A DNA stretch of 64,000 nucleotides, from positions 960,001-1,024,000 of the forward strand of contig OZ220696.1 in assembly GCA_965116495.1 (NCBI GenBank), written 5' to 3'. The notes below the pieces were generated by a model. It searched no databases and was not told where the DNA came from. It saw only the letters and a program-made list of their open reading frames with translations. The position numbers and the translations under genes were made by a program. Positions 27,888 through 37,355 of this stretch are shown here, piece after piece. Source of the stretch: Gammaproteobacteria bacterium (GTDB taxonomy: Bacteria; Pseudomonadota; Gammaproteobacteria; Eutrophobiales; Eutrophobiaceae). Position 1 is the stretch's first letter. Every line of letters starts with the position of its first letter.

Positions 27888-29153
27888 ATGAGTAACGAAC
27901 GTTTTTTACCGGAATCGGAACAGCAGGCCCTGGAACTGGTCCGCTGGGCCGTCGCCGAGGGCAGGACTGTTTCGGTCCAGGGAAAAAACACGAAACACGG
28001 TTTCGGCCTGCCGGTCAGCGCGGATTGCACCCTGTCCCTCGGGAAGCTCAGCGGGATACTGGAATACCACCCGGAGGAACTGGTCATGACCGCCTTGCCG
28101 GGTACGCCGATGGCCGAAATACGTGAAGCATTAACAAAACACAACCAGCATCTCGCGTTTGAGCCGCCGGCATTGAACAGGCTGTACCAGACGGAGGATG
28201 AAGGCACTATCGGCGGAAGTTTCATCGGTAACCTGGCCGGCCCGCGGCGTTTCAAATCGGGTAGTGCGCGGGACCATATCCTGGGTGTCAGGGCGATCAA
28301 CGGGCGCGGCGAGACCTGGAAATCCGGCGGCAAGGTCATAAAAAATGTCAGCGGGTATGACATGAGCAAACTGCTTACCGGTTCCTGGGGCACGCTGTCC
28401 GTGGTCACTGAATTGACGTTTAAAGTCCTGCCGGCGCCGCCGGTAACCCGGAGTCTGGCCGTATGGGGGCTGTCAGCAAGGCTGGGAACGGCCTTGATGG
28501 CGCAGGTCATCTCCACCCCCTGCGAAACATCCGGCCTGGCGTACCTGCCCGAAGCGGCGCTGACGGCAATCGGACGGGACGGCGCCTCTTTCCCCGGTAA
28601 AACGCTGACGCTGATAAGACTGGAAGGAACGGAGTTGTCCGTAAAGGAGCGTTCGCAAAACATCACCGGGTGGCTGCCCGGCGCGTGTGAATACAGCGTC
28701 CTCGATCAGGCAGCGTCGATTGCAGCCTGGTCATTGATCGGAAACACGGCGCCGTTACAGGACGCACAACGCACCCCTGGCATCCTGAAACTATCACTCC
28801 CTCCGGCATCGGCCTGGAACCTGGTCCGTTTCATCGACGAACTGCGCGGCTGCACCTGGTACCTGGATGCTGCAGGGGGCTGGTTATGGGTGGGCATCTG
28901 CCAGGCCGGGATGACAGATAAAATACACGCCATAAGCCGGGAGGTTAATACTGCCGGCGGCGCCACGACCATTTATCGCGCCCCCTCCGCGGTGAAACAG
29001 GATACCGGTATTTATCCGCTCCCCGGCGAATCTATCAAACGCCTGAATGAAAAGATAAAAAACAGCTTCGACCCGGGCAATATCTTCAACCCCGGCCGCC
29101 TCATTTCATGTGATTCCCCCGCCCCGGCTTTGGCAGGGACAGGCACGATTTAA
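27888..29153 (+). CDS. glcE: Glycolate oxidase FAD-binding subunit GlcE
   Basis: YHPEELVMTA, LAFEPP, GPRR...GSARD..LG, GGKVIKNVSGYD, FDP..IFNPGR. Confidence 0.92.
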   Translation: MSNERFLPESEQQALELVRWAVAEGRTVSVQGKNTKHGFGLPVSADCTLSLGKLSGILEYHPEELVMTALPGTPMAEIREALTKHNQHLAFEPPALNRLYQTEDEGTIGGSFIGNLAGPRRFKSGSARDHILGVRAINGRGETWKSGGKVIKNVSGYDMSKLLTGSWGTLSVVTELTFKVLPAPPVTRSLAVWGLSARLGTALMAQVISTPCETSGLAYLPEAALTAIGRDGASFPGKTLTLIRLEGTELSVKERSQNITGWLPGACEYSVLDQAASIAAWSLIGNTAPLQDAQRTPGILKLSLPPASAWNLVRFIDELRGCTWYLDAAGGWLWVGICQAGMTDKIHAISREVNTAGGATTIYRAPSAVKQDTGIYPLPGESIKRLNEKIKNSFDPGNIFNPGRLISCDSPAPALAGTGTI

Positions 29154-29155
29154 CA

Positions 29156-30424
29156 ATGCGTACCGAATTCACCCCCGCACAACTGACCGACCCCGGACTG
29201 CACGAGGCCAACAGCATCCTGCGTAAATGTGTGCATTGCGGTTTCTGCAACTCCACCTGCCCTACCTTCAAACTGCTTGGCGATGAACTGGACGGGCCCC
29301 GCGGCCGCATCTACCTGCTGAAAAACATGATGGAGCACGATGAAACACCTTCCGGGAAAATAGTCAGCCACATCGACCGGTGCCTGTCCTGCCTGTCCTG
29401 CATGACCACCTGCCCCTCCAGCGTCAATTACATGCACCTGGTCGATGCAGGGCGCAGCTATATCGAAAAAAAATTCAGGCGCCCGCTCCGGGATCGGCTG
29501 TTCCGGCGCCTGCTGGCAGCGACCCTGCCCTATCCGGCCCGGTTCCGGTTGCTGCTGTTCTTCTCCATGTTGCTCCTGCCCGTCAGGCGCCTGCTGCCTC
29601 GGCGCTTCCATGGCGCACTGAAACTCCGGCCGCCGGCAACCCGGAACAAGGCAATTAAAGAGGACAGGGACCAGGCCAGGACCGGAAAAGCCGTGGGCCT
29701 TGTCGCCGGTTGCGTGCAGCAGGTAATCGGCAAGGATATCAATTCTGCCAGTATCCGCCTGCTGGAGCGCCGGGGCTGGCGCGTCCACCTGCTGCAGCAA
29801 CCGGCCTGCTGCGGCGCAGTCGAACACCACCTGGGCAAACAGGCCCTGGCGGAAAAGCGCTTCCGGCAAAACATCACCGATTGGATACAACACGTTGACG
29901 AACACGGACTCGAGGTCTTGATCGTCAATGCCTCCGGTTGCGGCACCATGCTCAAGGACTACGGCCACATCTTTCGCAACGATGAATCCCTGGCTGCTGC
30001 TGCCGGTAAAATCAGCGGCATGACCCGGGATGTAGTGGAATTTTTATCCGAACACCATGACGTGACCGAAAACGGCGAAATGGAGCAGGTCCGTGTCGCC
30101 TACCAGAGTCCCTGCTCCATGCAACACGGCCAGAAAATCGACTCACAACCGCTGACCCTGTTGCAGCAAGCCGGCTTCAAGGTGCAGGAACTGCCGGAAA
30201 AATACATGTGCTGCGGCTCGGCCGGCACCTATAATATCCTGCAACCGGCGATCGCCGCTGAACTGGGAGAAAGAAAAGCGGTCTATATTGAACAGGCAAA
30301 CGTAGACGTCGTAGCCAGCGGCAACATGGCCTGCATGATGCACCTGCGGCAATTCACCGATGTCCCCTTTGTACATACGGCAGAACTGCTCGACTGGGCC
30401 TCAGGCGGCCCCAAGCCGTTTTAA
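29156..30424 (+). CDS. glcF: Glycolate oxidase Fe-S subunit GlcF
   Basis: CVHCGFC..TCPT..LLGDELDGPRGRI, CLSCLSCMTTCPS, two CCG motifs. Confidence 0.93.
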   Translation: MRTEFTPAQLTDPGLHEANSILRKCVHCGFCNSTCPTFKLLGDELDGPRGRIYLLKNMMEHDETPSGKIVSHIDRCLSCLSCMTTCPSSVNYMHLVDAGRSYIEKKFRRPLRDRLFRRLLAATLPYPARFRLLLFFSMLLLPVRRLLPRRFHGALKLRPPATRNKAIKEDRDQARTGKAVGLVAGCVQQVIGKDINSASIRLLERRGWRVHLLQQPACCGAVEHHLGKQALAEKRFRQNITDWIQHVDEHGLEVLIVNASGCGTMLKDYGHIFRNDESLAAAAGKISGMTRDVVEFLSEHHDVTENGEMEQVRVAYQSPCSMQHGQKIDSQPLTLLQQAGFKVQELPEKYMCCGSAGTYNILQPAIAAELGERKAVYIEQANVDVVASGNMACMMHLRQFTDVPFVHTAELLDWASGGPKPF

Positions 30425-30457
30425 AACTGCAAACCATATAACAACCAGGAGTGGATC

Positions 30458-31072
30458 ATGAACAACCCGGTAAACATCACCGTCTTCCGCTGGGCCGGCG
30501 CCTGGGGCCCGTTCAAGGTCAATATCCCCTGTGGGGAATGCGCCTTGACCAAGGACATTATCCAGGACTGTATGGATACGGACCTGGCAGGAATAGATGT
30601 CGAACTCGACATGCGCGACTGGCTCACGGAATGGTGGAAGCCCCTGCCCAAGGGAGGCTGGCATGCCCCGATTGTGCTGGTTAACGACAGGATCATATCC
30701 CAGGGAGCGGCCTTGAACCGGGGCGTACTGACCCAGTCAGTCATTGAGGAAGCAACGGGCAACTCACCGATACAGGGTAACCACGCATACGGCAAGGCCA
30801 CCTGCCCGCACTGCGTGCGCGCCAAGGGATACCTGGAACAGGCAGGTGTTGACTACCGCTACCACGACGTGGTCAAGGACCCCCGGGCGCTGTATGAAAT
30901 GCTGGCGCGGGTAAAACCGATCATCGGCCCCAAAACCCCGGTCACCGTACCGCAGATCTGGCTGGACGGCAGCTACGTAGGCGGCGCGGACGAGTTGAAA
31001 CGCATCCTTGACCTGCCCGAGGTGGAACCGAACCCGGACCGGGGGCAGTGTTCCCTGTCCCCCGCCCGTTGA
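30458..31072 (+). CDS. Two-domain thioredoxin-like/glutaredoxin protein
   Basis: CGEC in the N-domain; CPHC, TVPQIW and YVGG in the C-domain. Confidence 0.85.
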   Translation: MNNPVNITVFRWAGAWGPFKVNIPCGECALTKDIIQDCMDTDLAGIDVELDMRDWLTEWWKPLPKGGWHAPIVLVNDRIISQGAALNRGVLTQSVIEEATGNSPIQGNHAYGKATCPHCVRAKGYLEQAGVDYRYHDVVKDPRALYEMLARVKPIIGPKTPVTVPQIWLDGSYVGGADELKRILDLPEVEPNPDRGQCSLSPAR

Positions 31073-31104
31073 AGGTTAACAGGCTGGTTGAGCCGGAAAA
31101 ATCA

Positions 31105-31290
31105 ATGAGTAAGTCACACCGGCCCGTCGTAGCTGATGACGATAATCCCGGCCTGTTCCAGGCTGTCTGCAAGTTTGTTCCCATGATTGCCGCTTACTCC
31201 TTTCGCCACCTGACGGTGGGCGCCCTGGTCCGGAACAAGTTGAGGAGGCTCGAAGCAAGAGGCGAGAAATGGATCATAGAAGAGGAGTAG
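31105..31290 (+). CDS. Small hypothetical protein upstream of the RdhA-like gene
   Basis: 61-aa ORF filling the gap and ending 10 nt before the next ATG; no recognised motif. Confidence 0.4.
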   Translation: MSKSHRPVVADDDNPGLFQAVCKFVPMIAAYSFRHLTVGALVRNKLRRLEARGEKWIIEEE

Positions 31291-31300
31291 GACTGACTGG

Positions 31301-32275
31301 ATGAAACTCCATTCAATAGCGCCTGAAGAAGCGACTGTCGGCTACCGGAACCCGCCCGCATCCGGGAATGCAATCAACGGCCTGGGGGAAAAGGAATTCA
31401 GGCGCGCCAGTTACATATTTCATTCCAACGGGAAATCCGGCCCCCTGCCCTTTGACAAAATGCAGGAGGTGTTCAGGTACAGCAATCCCGCCAGGATGCT
31501 GCCGCTGATCATCCAGGCTGCCTGGGCAACATTCAGGCCCCAGGGGAAACTCAGCGACAAGAGACTGAACGTGACGGATGCTGAGAAAATGACCCGGGAG
31601 ATAAAGGAAAAAGCGCAGGAACTCGGCGCCGGTGTTGTCGGGATCTGCGAAATGAAAGACGAGTACCTGGTTGAAGGAGAAAAAAGCAAATACCGTTTTG
31701 CCATAGCACTCGGGCTGCCCATGGACAGGGAAAAAATGCTGCATGTGCCGGGGCATACCAGCGCCATGGAAGTCCAGAGAGTATATATAAAGGCCTCTTA
31801 CCTGACGGTTGACCTGGCCCGGCACATCCGCTCGCTGGGCTGGCCTGCACAGGGTCTGCCGGTTAACAGCAGCAGTGAATACCTGCACATTCCCATCGCC
31901 ATCGCCGCCGGTATCGGCGAACTGGGTAAGCATGGCTCACTCATCTGCAAGGAATACGGTTCCAATTTCAGGCTCACCACGGTTGTGACCGACCTGCCAC
32001 TGGTAGCGGATGCGCCGGTAGATATCGGTGTAGACGATGTCTGCATGACCTGCCAGGCTTGCAGCAAAGCCTGTCCTCCCGATGCAATTTATTCCGCCAA
32101 GCAATGGGTGCGAGGTACGAAAAAGTGGTACGTAGATTTCGATTTATGCACCCCCTACTTCTGCAGTACTTACGGATGCGGGATCTGCCTGGAAGTCTGC
32201 CCCTGGTCGGAACCGGGCCGGGGGCCGGGTTTGTCTGAAAGATTGTTGGCGCTGCGCCGGAACAACAGCGAGTGA
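31301..32275 (+). CDS. Reductive dehalogenase/QueG-like cobalamin, 2x[4Fe-4S] protein
   Basis: LGAGVVGI, IAAGIGELGKHGSLI, VVTDLPL..D.P.D.G, CMTCQACSKACP, WYVD, CGICLEVCPW. Confidence 0.85.
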   Translation: MKLHSIAPEEATVGYRNPPASGNAINGLGEKEFRRASYIFHSNGKSGPLPFDKMQEVFRYSNPARMLPLIIQAAWATFRPQGKLSDKRLNVTDAEKMTREIKEKAQELGAGVVGICEMKDEYLVEGEKSKYRFAIALGLPMDREKMLHVPGHTSAMEVQRVYIKASYLTVDLARHIRSLGWPAQGLPVNSSSEYLHIPIAIAAGIGELGKHGSLICKEYGSNFRLTTVVTDLPLVADAPVDIGVDDVCMTCQACSKACPPDAIYSAKQWVRGTKKWYVDFDLCTPYFCSTYGCGICLEVCPWSEPGRGPGLSERLLALRRNNSE

Positions 32276-32305
32276 CTGGGAGAGGAAGAGAGTGGTGCCG
32301 GGGGC
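32246..32305. repeat. ~60-bp direct repeat (left island boundary) including the tRNA-Leu 3' end
   Basis: Matches 52207-52266 with few mismatches; includes TGGTGCC.GGGGC. Confidence 0.85.
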
Positions 32306-32337
32306 TGTATTTATGACGATCCCTGCCGGCGGTGGTT

Positions 32338-32556
32338 TCAGGTGTCGTCCGGGGAAATTTGCGTCCGGCAGTTGCGCACCGTATCAATGCTGATGAACAT
32401 TCTTGATGGGCGCGTTGGCATCGAGTGAAATCCCATCGCAAGATAAAAAGCCCGACGTTTCTCTGTGATATCGGGACCGCCGTCCTCAATCAGGTCGAGC
32501 ACCACGGCCTTCAGTCCGATTTGATTGGCAGCGCCTACCGCGCGCTTTAACGCCAT
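32338..32556 (-). pseudogene. GNAT toxin (TacT/AtaT-like) C-terminal fragment
   Basis: IG.KAVVLD......RRAFY..MGF......RMFISI; N-terminal half missing. Confidence 0.6.
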
Positions 32557-32580
32557 CTCTAATGCTTTCTCAGGCGATGG

Positions 32581-32856
32581 TCATGATCTTGACAGGTCCC
32601 GATAGAAATTTTCATGTGAACCCAAGGCCAGCAAAGTAATGGTGTCTGGTTTCTTCTCATGACGATAAGCCAGTAAATACTGTTTATCGGTCACTTTAAA
32701 CTTGTGTACGCGCACACCGGCCAATGCGCCCTTTTTCATTGCGCCAATTCGGGTATTCGAGACAATTTTCCTGATGGCCTGATCGACAGCGGCTTTATCT
32801 ATTCTGTGAAGTTTTTTAATCGTTCTGGAAAAGGCGCTAGTCTGGACCACCTTCAT
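32581..32856 (-). CDS. RelE/ParE-family toxin
   Basis: KKG.LAGVRVHKF...YLLAY...LLALGSHENFYRDL. Confidence 0.88.
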   Translation of the reverse strand: MKVVQTSAFSRTIKKLHRIDKAAVDQAIRKIVSNTRIGAMKKGALAGVRVHKFKVTDKQYLLAYRHEKKPDTITLLALGSHENFYRDLSRS

Positions 32857-33071
32857 CCAAACTGATACTCGCTCACATCACCGGCTTCCGCTTCTTCCAT
32901 ACCCACCAGAATATCGTTGACAAATCGCAGTGGCAAATCAGGGTTTTCTTCGGCGATTCTGCCGATAGTTGCCCAGTGCTCAATCTGTTTCGGTGGTGAG
33001 CGATGAAATATCCTGGCATATTGGGTTGCATCCGCGACCAACTGGTCCGACAGTTTGATGGCTTTAGACAT
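32853..33071 (-). CDS. ParD-like antitoxin
   Basis: RS.PKQIEHWA.IGRIAEENPDLP; ATGA overlap with the toxin. Confidence 0.88.
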   Translation of the reverse strand: MSKAIKLSDQLVADATQYARIFHRSPPKQIEHWATIGRIAEENPDLPLRFVNDILVGMEEAEAGDVSEYQFG

Positions 33072-33120
33072 ATTTCCTCACTGTAATCAAAATTAATTCT
33101 CGCCTGCCTATTATAACCAA

Positions 33121-33141
33121 AAGGTTGCATTTTGCAACCTT
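33121..33141. promoter_or_regulatory. Palindromic operator of the TA operon
   Basis: AAGGTTGCA-TTT-TGCAACCTT ~50 bp upstream of the antitoxin. Confidence 0.6.
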
Positions 33142-33332
33142 ACTTACGGATAGAATAATTTGACTGTAAACTGAGCACTACTGGTTATGAGTATCTCCCT
33201 TATTTTGTACCCCAAACAACCCGGAAGTGAATGCCGATGTTGAGGTTGCCGGTAGAACTCCTCCGGTGTCATGTCATTCAGCGATGAATGGGGTCGATAC
33301 TGATGACCCTATATTTTTCAACAAAATTTGAA

Positions 33333-33354
33333 TGCCGATGGCCGGAGTCGAACC
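33333..33354 (-). repeat. Degenerate tRNA-Leu 3' fragment (att-like site)
   Basis: Minus strand GGTTCGACTCCGGCCATCGGCA = T-arm plus acceptor strand; adjacent to AT-rich TAATTTATTGTTTTTATT. Confidence 0.6.
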
Positions 33355-33485
33355 TTTAATGTAATTTATTGTTTTTATTAAAATCCAGCTGGAACGAGGG
33401 AAGGCCTTATAATTAACATCTTCGGGTAGTTAATAGATAAGCAGGTATGATGAATCGACATACCTCATCAAGACCTTGAGAAACT

Positions 33486-35369
33486 ATGCAAGTGAATAAA
33501 TTACTCAAGCGACTGGGTAGACTCGTAAGGTGGAATACGAGCACAGCTTCGCTCCGACGCGTTTTAAAAGCCATACTGGCCGCTGCCGGTGTCATCGTGC
33601 TATTACCGCGCTTAGGCCGTGGTGCACGGGGGAAAAAAGTATCAAGCGCCCGTGTCTCTGCTGAGATCGGTTCAACCTTACGTGCTGATCTGCTCCTTTC
33701 TAATGGAAATATTATCACCCTTGACAGTGTTTCCAGCGCAAGCGAAGCGGTGGCAATACGCGGTTCAAAGATAGTGGCGGTGGGTACAACTGCAGATCTG
33801 GAAGCACGCGTTGCCCCGGACACCCGCCGGATAAATTTGCAGGGTCAAACACTCCTGCCCGGGTTCTTTGACACCCATGCTCACATGGATCGGGAAGGAT
33901 TAAAGACCCTGGGTGGTGAGTCACTGATTGGCGCCAATTCGGTTTCTGCAATTGTCGAGCGTGTTGCAGCAGCGGTAACCAAGGCAAAGCCGGGTGAGTG
34001 GCTCGTCTTCATGCCCATGGGTGGACCGCCTTTCGACTATGTAAATAATCCCTCAATGCTTAAAGAAAGACGTTTCCCTGATCGTTATGATCTGGATGAA
34101 GTCGCACCCGATAATCCGGTTTTCATTCGCGGCGTCTGGGGTTGGTGGGCCCGTCCTCCCTTTCCGGCAGTTGCGAACAGTGAAGCCTTGCACCGCTGTG
34201 ATATCAGCGCTGCTTCAGTTGATCCCTATAATATAAAAATTGTTCGCGACCCCAGTGGTTTACCAACCGGTCTCTTCCTTGAAACCAACCGGACTTCCTT
34301 ACTCGAGTACACATTGTTCCGTAATGTCCCCCGCTTTACCTATGAAGATCGACTGGAATCGGTGCGTCGCAGCTCTGAAATTTACAGCAGTTTAGGTACC
34401 ACATCAGCATACGAGGCGCATGGTCTCACACCCGAGTTATTACGCGCCTATCGAGAAATTGATGAGCGTGGTGAACTCTCGGTTCGCATGTCTGCAGCAG
34501 TGAGCCTCCCTTCCTCTTCCATGAATCGCAGCCGGCTTATTGATGTTCTGGATCAATGGGCGCCTGCGGCAGGTGGCCGCGGTATGGGGAGCGGCAACTT
34601 TCGTGTCTCCGGCGTTACCCTCGATCATTCCGATCCAAACATAGCTGCAATCATCGCAAGGGATTATCCCTACGTTCAATGGGCTGGAAATTTCGAGCAG
34701 GGTATTACAAGTTCAGAATTTGTTGAAATCGGCATTGCAGCCGCGCAACGGAAGCTACGATTGAATTTCCTGATTGCTACAACACCTTATCACAGTGTTG
34801 ACGGCACCCTTGACATGCTCGAGCAAATTGATAAACAGGCGCCGATTAGAGATTTACGCTGCGTTGGCTTTCACCTGATTAATGCAAGCGCACAACAGCT
34901 TCGCCGGGTTCGGGAGCTCGGATTGATCATTACCATCACGCCGTCATTCATTTATTCACATGCGGCTGAACTCCACCTGGATAAGTTGGGTCAGGACGCC
35001 TGCCCCATTCGCAAGGTACTCGATGCAGGTATCCCTGTAACACTGGGTTCGGACAATGTACCCCCCTCGATGTTTTTCACCGCCTGGGAAGCACTGGTAC
35101 GCTGGGATGAAACCGGACAACAACACCTGGGTAACTCTCGTCTGGATCGTGAGGAAGTATTGCGCCTTTGCTGTCAAAGTCCCCATTACATTAACTGGGA
35201 AGAAGACCATCGGGGAGTCATTGCGCCGGGCATGGCGGCGGAGCTTATGGTCTTCGATGCCAATCCGCTGACCTGCGACATAGACCTTTTGCCTCAACTG
35301 ACACCGGTATTGACGATGGTTGACGGCCGCATCGTGCACGATGCGGGCTCTGGTATTCCATCGATTTGA
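33486..35369 (+). CDS. Amidohydrolase 3 (YtcJ-like)
   Basis: LLPGFFDTHAH, LD.VAPDNPV, G.PTG, LGSD, G.IAPG..A; true start may lie downstream. Confidence 0.85.
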   Translation: MQVNKLLKRLGRLVRWNTSTASLRRVLKAILAAAGVIVLLPRLGRGARGKKVSSARVSAEIGSTLRADLLLSNGNIITLDSVSSASEAVAIRGSKIVAVGTTADLEARVAPDTRRINLQGQTLLPGFFDTHAHMDREGLKTLGGESLIGANSVSAIVERVAAAVTKAKPGEWLVFMPMGGPPFDYVNNPSMLKERRFPDRYDLDEVAPDNPVFIRGVWGWWARPPFPAVANSEALHRCDISAASVDPYNIKIVRDPSGLPTGLFLETNRTSLLEYTLFRNVPRFTYEDRLESVRRSSEIYSSLGTTSAYEAHGLTPELLRAYREIDERGELSVRMSAAVSLPSSSMNRSRLIDVLDQWAPAAGGRGMGSGNFRVSGVTLDHSDPNIAAIIARDYPYVQWAGNFEQGITSSEFVEIGIAAAQRKLRLNFLIATTPYHSVDGTLDMLEQIDKQAPIRDLRCVGFHLINASAQQLRRVRELGLIITITPSFIYSHAAELHLDKLGQDACPIRKVLDAGIPVTLGSDNVPPSMFFTAWEALVRWDETGQQHLGNSRLDREEVLRLCCQSPHYINWEEDHRGVIAPGMAAELMVFDANPLTCDIDLLPQLTPVLTMVDGRIVHDAGSGIPSI

Positions 35370-35479
35370 ATACGCAGGTAAATCTATAACAACCATCCTG
35401 CAAATCGCTGCAAATCGCTCGACTTCGTTGCAAATAACTTCTATACTAGCCGGTAGGTCCATTAATTGGGAGTTGCTCC

Positions 35480-36973
35480 ATGTCTCAATCCACCATCTTA
35501 CGCGGGGGTCAGATAATCGATCCGGCCCAGGGTCTGAACAAGTTTACCGATCTCACTATTACTGATGGCAAGATTGCCGCCATTGGTGATTCAGAGTTAA
35601 GCGCAGATGCCGACGTTGTTGATGTCTCCGGTCTGATCGTCACCCCTGGTTGGGTTGACATACACGTCCATGCCTATGGCGACCTCGGCTTCGCCTATCC
35701 CGATTACATCGGCATCTATGGGGGTGTCACAACGTTTGTTGATGCCGGTGGACCTGGTTTTGGCGCCTTCCCGGAATTCAAGGCCTTGATGACCGATGCC
35801 ACCGTTACTGATCTGTATTGCGGCCCGTATGTGCGGCCGCTGGGTATCGTCACCTCGGCCTATATTGAAGGTGATGTCCGCACTTTAGGCGCATGGGATA
35901 TTGCGGCCTGGCTCGACATCGTCGATGAGAATCGTGACACATTTGCTTATTTGAAGCTCGGCGCCTTCGGCGACCATGATTGGGGGCCGTTACGAATGGG
36001 CAAAGGCGCGGCTGAGATTCTCGAGTTGCCTACCTATACCCATATCGGTGACTTCCAGGTGGCACCCAGGCGCGACACTACCGGGCCTGCCTTCGAGGTC
36101 GCTCAGCGCGGTGACATGATTACGCATATATATCATGGTAATCCCGGCACAATATTGGACGATGACGGTAAAATCCGGCATGAAGTCCGGGCCGCTGAGA
36201 AGCGCGGGGTGTTATTCGATATCGGCATGGGCTCAACAAATTTTTCTTTTGATATTGCTGAACAAGCCATCGCCCAGGACTTGCTGCCTCACACCATCAG
36301 CTCGGACTTGCAACAATTCAACGTAATGAATCCGGTGAAATCTTTTACTAATGTGCTGACCTGCATGTTGGCGCTGGGACTCGAGCTTGAGCAAATCATC
36401 GAAAAGATCACCATCGCGCCGGCTCGCGCCATTAACATTGATGATCATGCAGGCAGCCTGGCTGTTGGGAGGCCTGCGGATGTCAGTGTGATGAAGATTG
36501 AAGACGGCGATTTTGAAGTGGAAGATTGTGAGCAACAAACCCGCAAGGTCGACCGCCGGATCCTGCCGGTGATGGCATTCAAACGTGGTGTGCGCTACGA
36601 CTGCGATGTAACCCTGGCCCGCAACGAACGCAACTGGCTGCCGATGATGGATGAAGACGTTATTCCGCAACGCGCCGCCACTCTGGAACCTGGTCAAAAG
36701 GCCTTCCTGGACACGCTGGCCGCTGATCTTGCCCGGTTAAATTGGGACGCTACAAAGGTTGATCTCGACGTCGCCACCCGGGTCCAGGAATGTTTCTTCG
36801 GGACATGCGACAAAGTTGGCTTGCCACTTGCGGACGCCTTGACCGCCACCTATAAATGTTTCCTGGAAGAACCGTTCACTTACCAGATTGGATTATTTCT
36901 TACTCGCATTGAACGTGGCTTTGCCATAGACCGAATCCAGCAGGTGGGGGGCGGATTCCAGAAAGCCGCCTAG
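35480..36973 (+). CDS. Metal-dependent amidohydrolase/deacetylase (dihydroorotase-like) with C-terminal extension
   Basis: PGWVDIHVH, GVTT.VDAG, HIG, GD.ITH, G..FD.G.G..NFSF, ISSD. Confidence 0.85.
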   Translation: MSQSTILRGGQIIDPAQGLNKFTDLTITDGKIAAIGDSELSADADVVDVSGLIVTPGWVDIHVHAYGDLGFAYPDYIGIYGGVTTFVDAGGPGFGAFPEFKALMTDATVTDLYCGPYVRPLGIVTSAYIEGDVRTLGAWDIAAWLDIVDENRDTFAYLKLGAFGDHDWGPLRMGKGAAEILELPTYTHIGDFQVAPRRDTTGPAFEVAQRGDMITHIYHGNPGTILDDDGKIRHEVRAAEKRGVLFDIGMGSTNFSFDIAEQAIAQDLLPHTISSDLQQFNVMNPVKSFTNVLTCMLALGLELEQIIEKITIAPARAINIDDHAGSLAVGRPADVSVMKIEDGDFEVEDCEQQTRKVDRRILPVMAFKRGVRYDCDVTLARNERNWLPMMDEDVIPQRAATLEPGQKAFLDTLAADLARLNWDATKVDLDVATRVQECFFGTCDKVGLPLADALTATYKCFLEEPFTYQIGLFLTRIERGFAIDRIQQVGGGFQKAA

Positions 36974-36987
36974 GCGGAGCGTTTTGT

Positions 36988-37317
36988 ATGGGTGAAGGAG
37001 AGTGGCATGATCTCCGGGAGATCGACGCAGAGGAGTCGGAATTCCCGGTAGCAACCACGGTTGACGGTGAAGACATTGTCGTTTTCCGGATCGGTGATGA
37101 TTACCGTGGCGCCCAGCGTTTGTGTCCACATAAAGATGGCGATTTTGTCCGCCGCGGCAAAGTCATGGGTAATGGCAAAATGCTCCGCTGCGAACTCCAC
37201 GGCTTCATATTCAATCTTGTTTCCGGCAAAGGCGTGAATGCCGGGCCACAATGTATCGATATCTTCGAGATCAAGCGTGATGGTTCCCGCCTTCAGGCCC
37301 GCAAAAAACTAACATAG
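36988..37317 (+). CDS. Rieske [2Fe-2S] ferredoxin
   Basis: CPH...CELHG..F.L.SG. Confidence 0.85.
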   Translation: MGEGEWHDLREIDAEESEFPVATTVDGEDIVVFRIGDDYRGAQRLCPHKDGDFVRRGKVMGNGKMLRCELHGFIFNLVSGKGVNAGPQCIDIFEIKRDGSRLQARKKLT

Positions 37318-37355
37318 AAAGGCGTCCGTCCCTTGTATCAAGGGTACACCTCCCT

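Noticed and set aside
35399-35436. Three TGCAAAT repeats between the amidohydrolase genes
   Set aside because: Possible regulator site, but too short to support and no cognate regulator nearby
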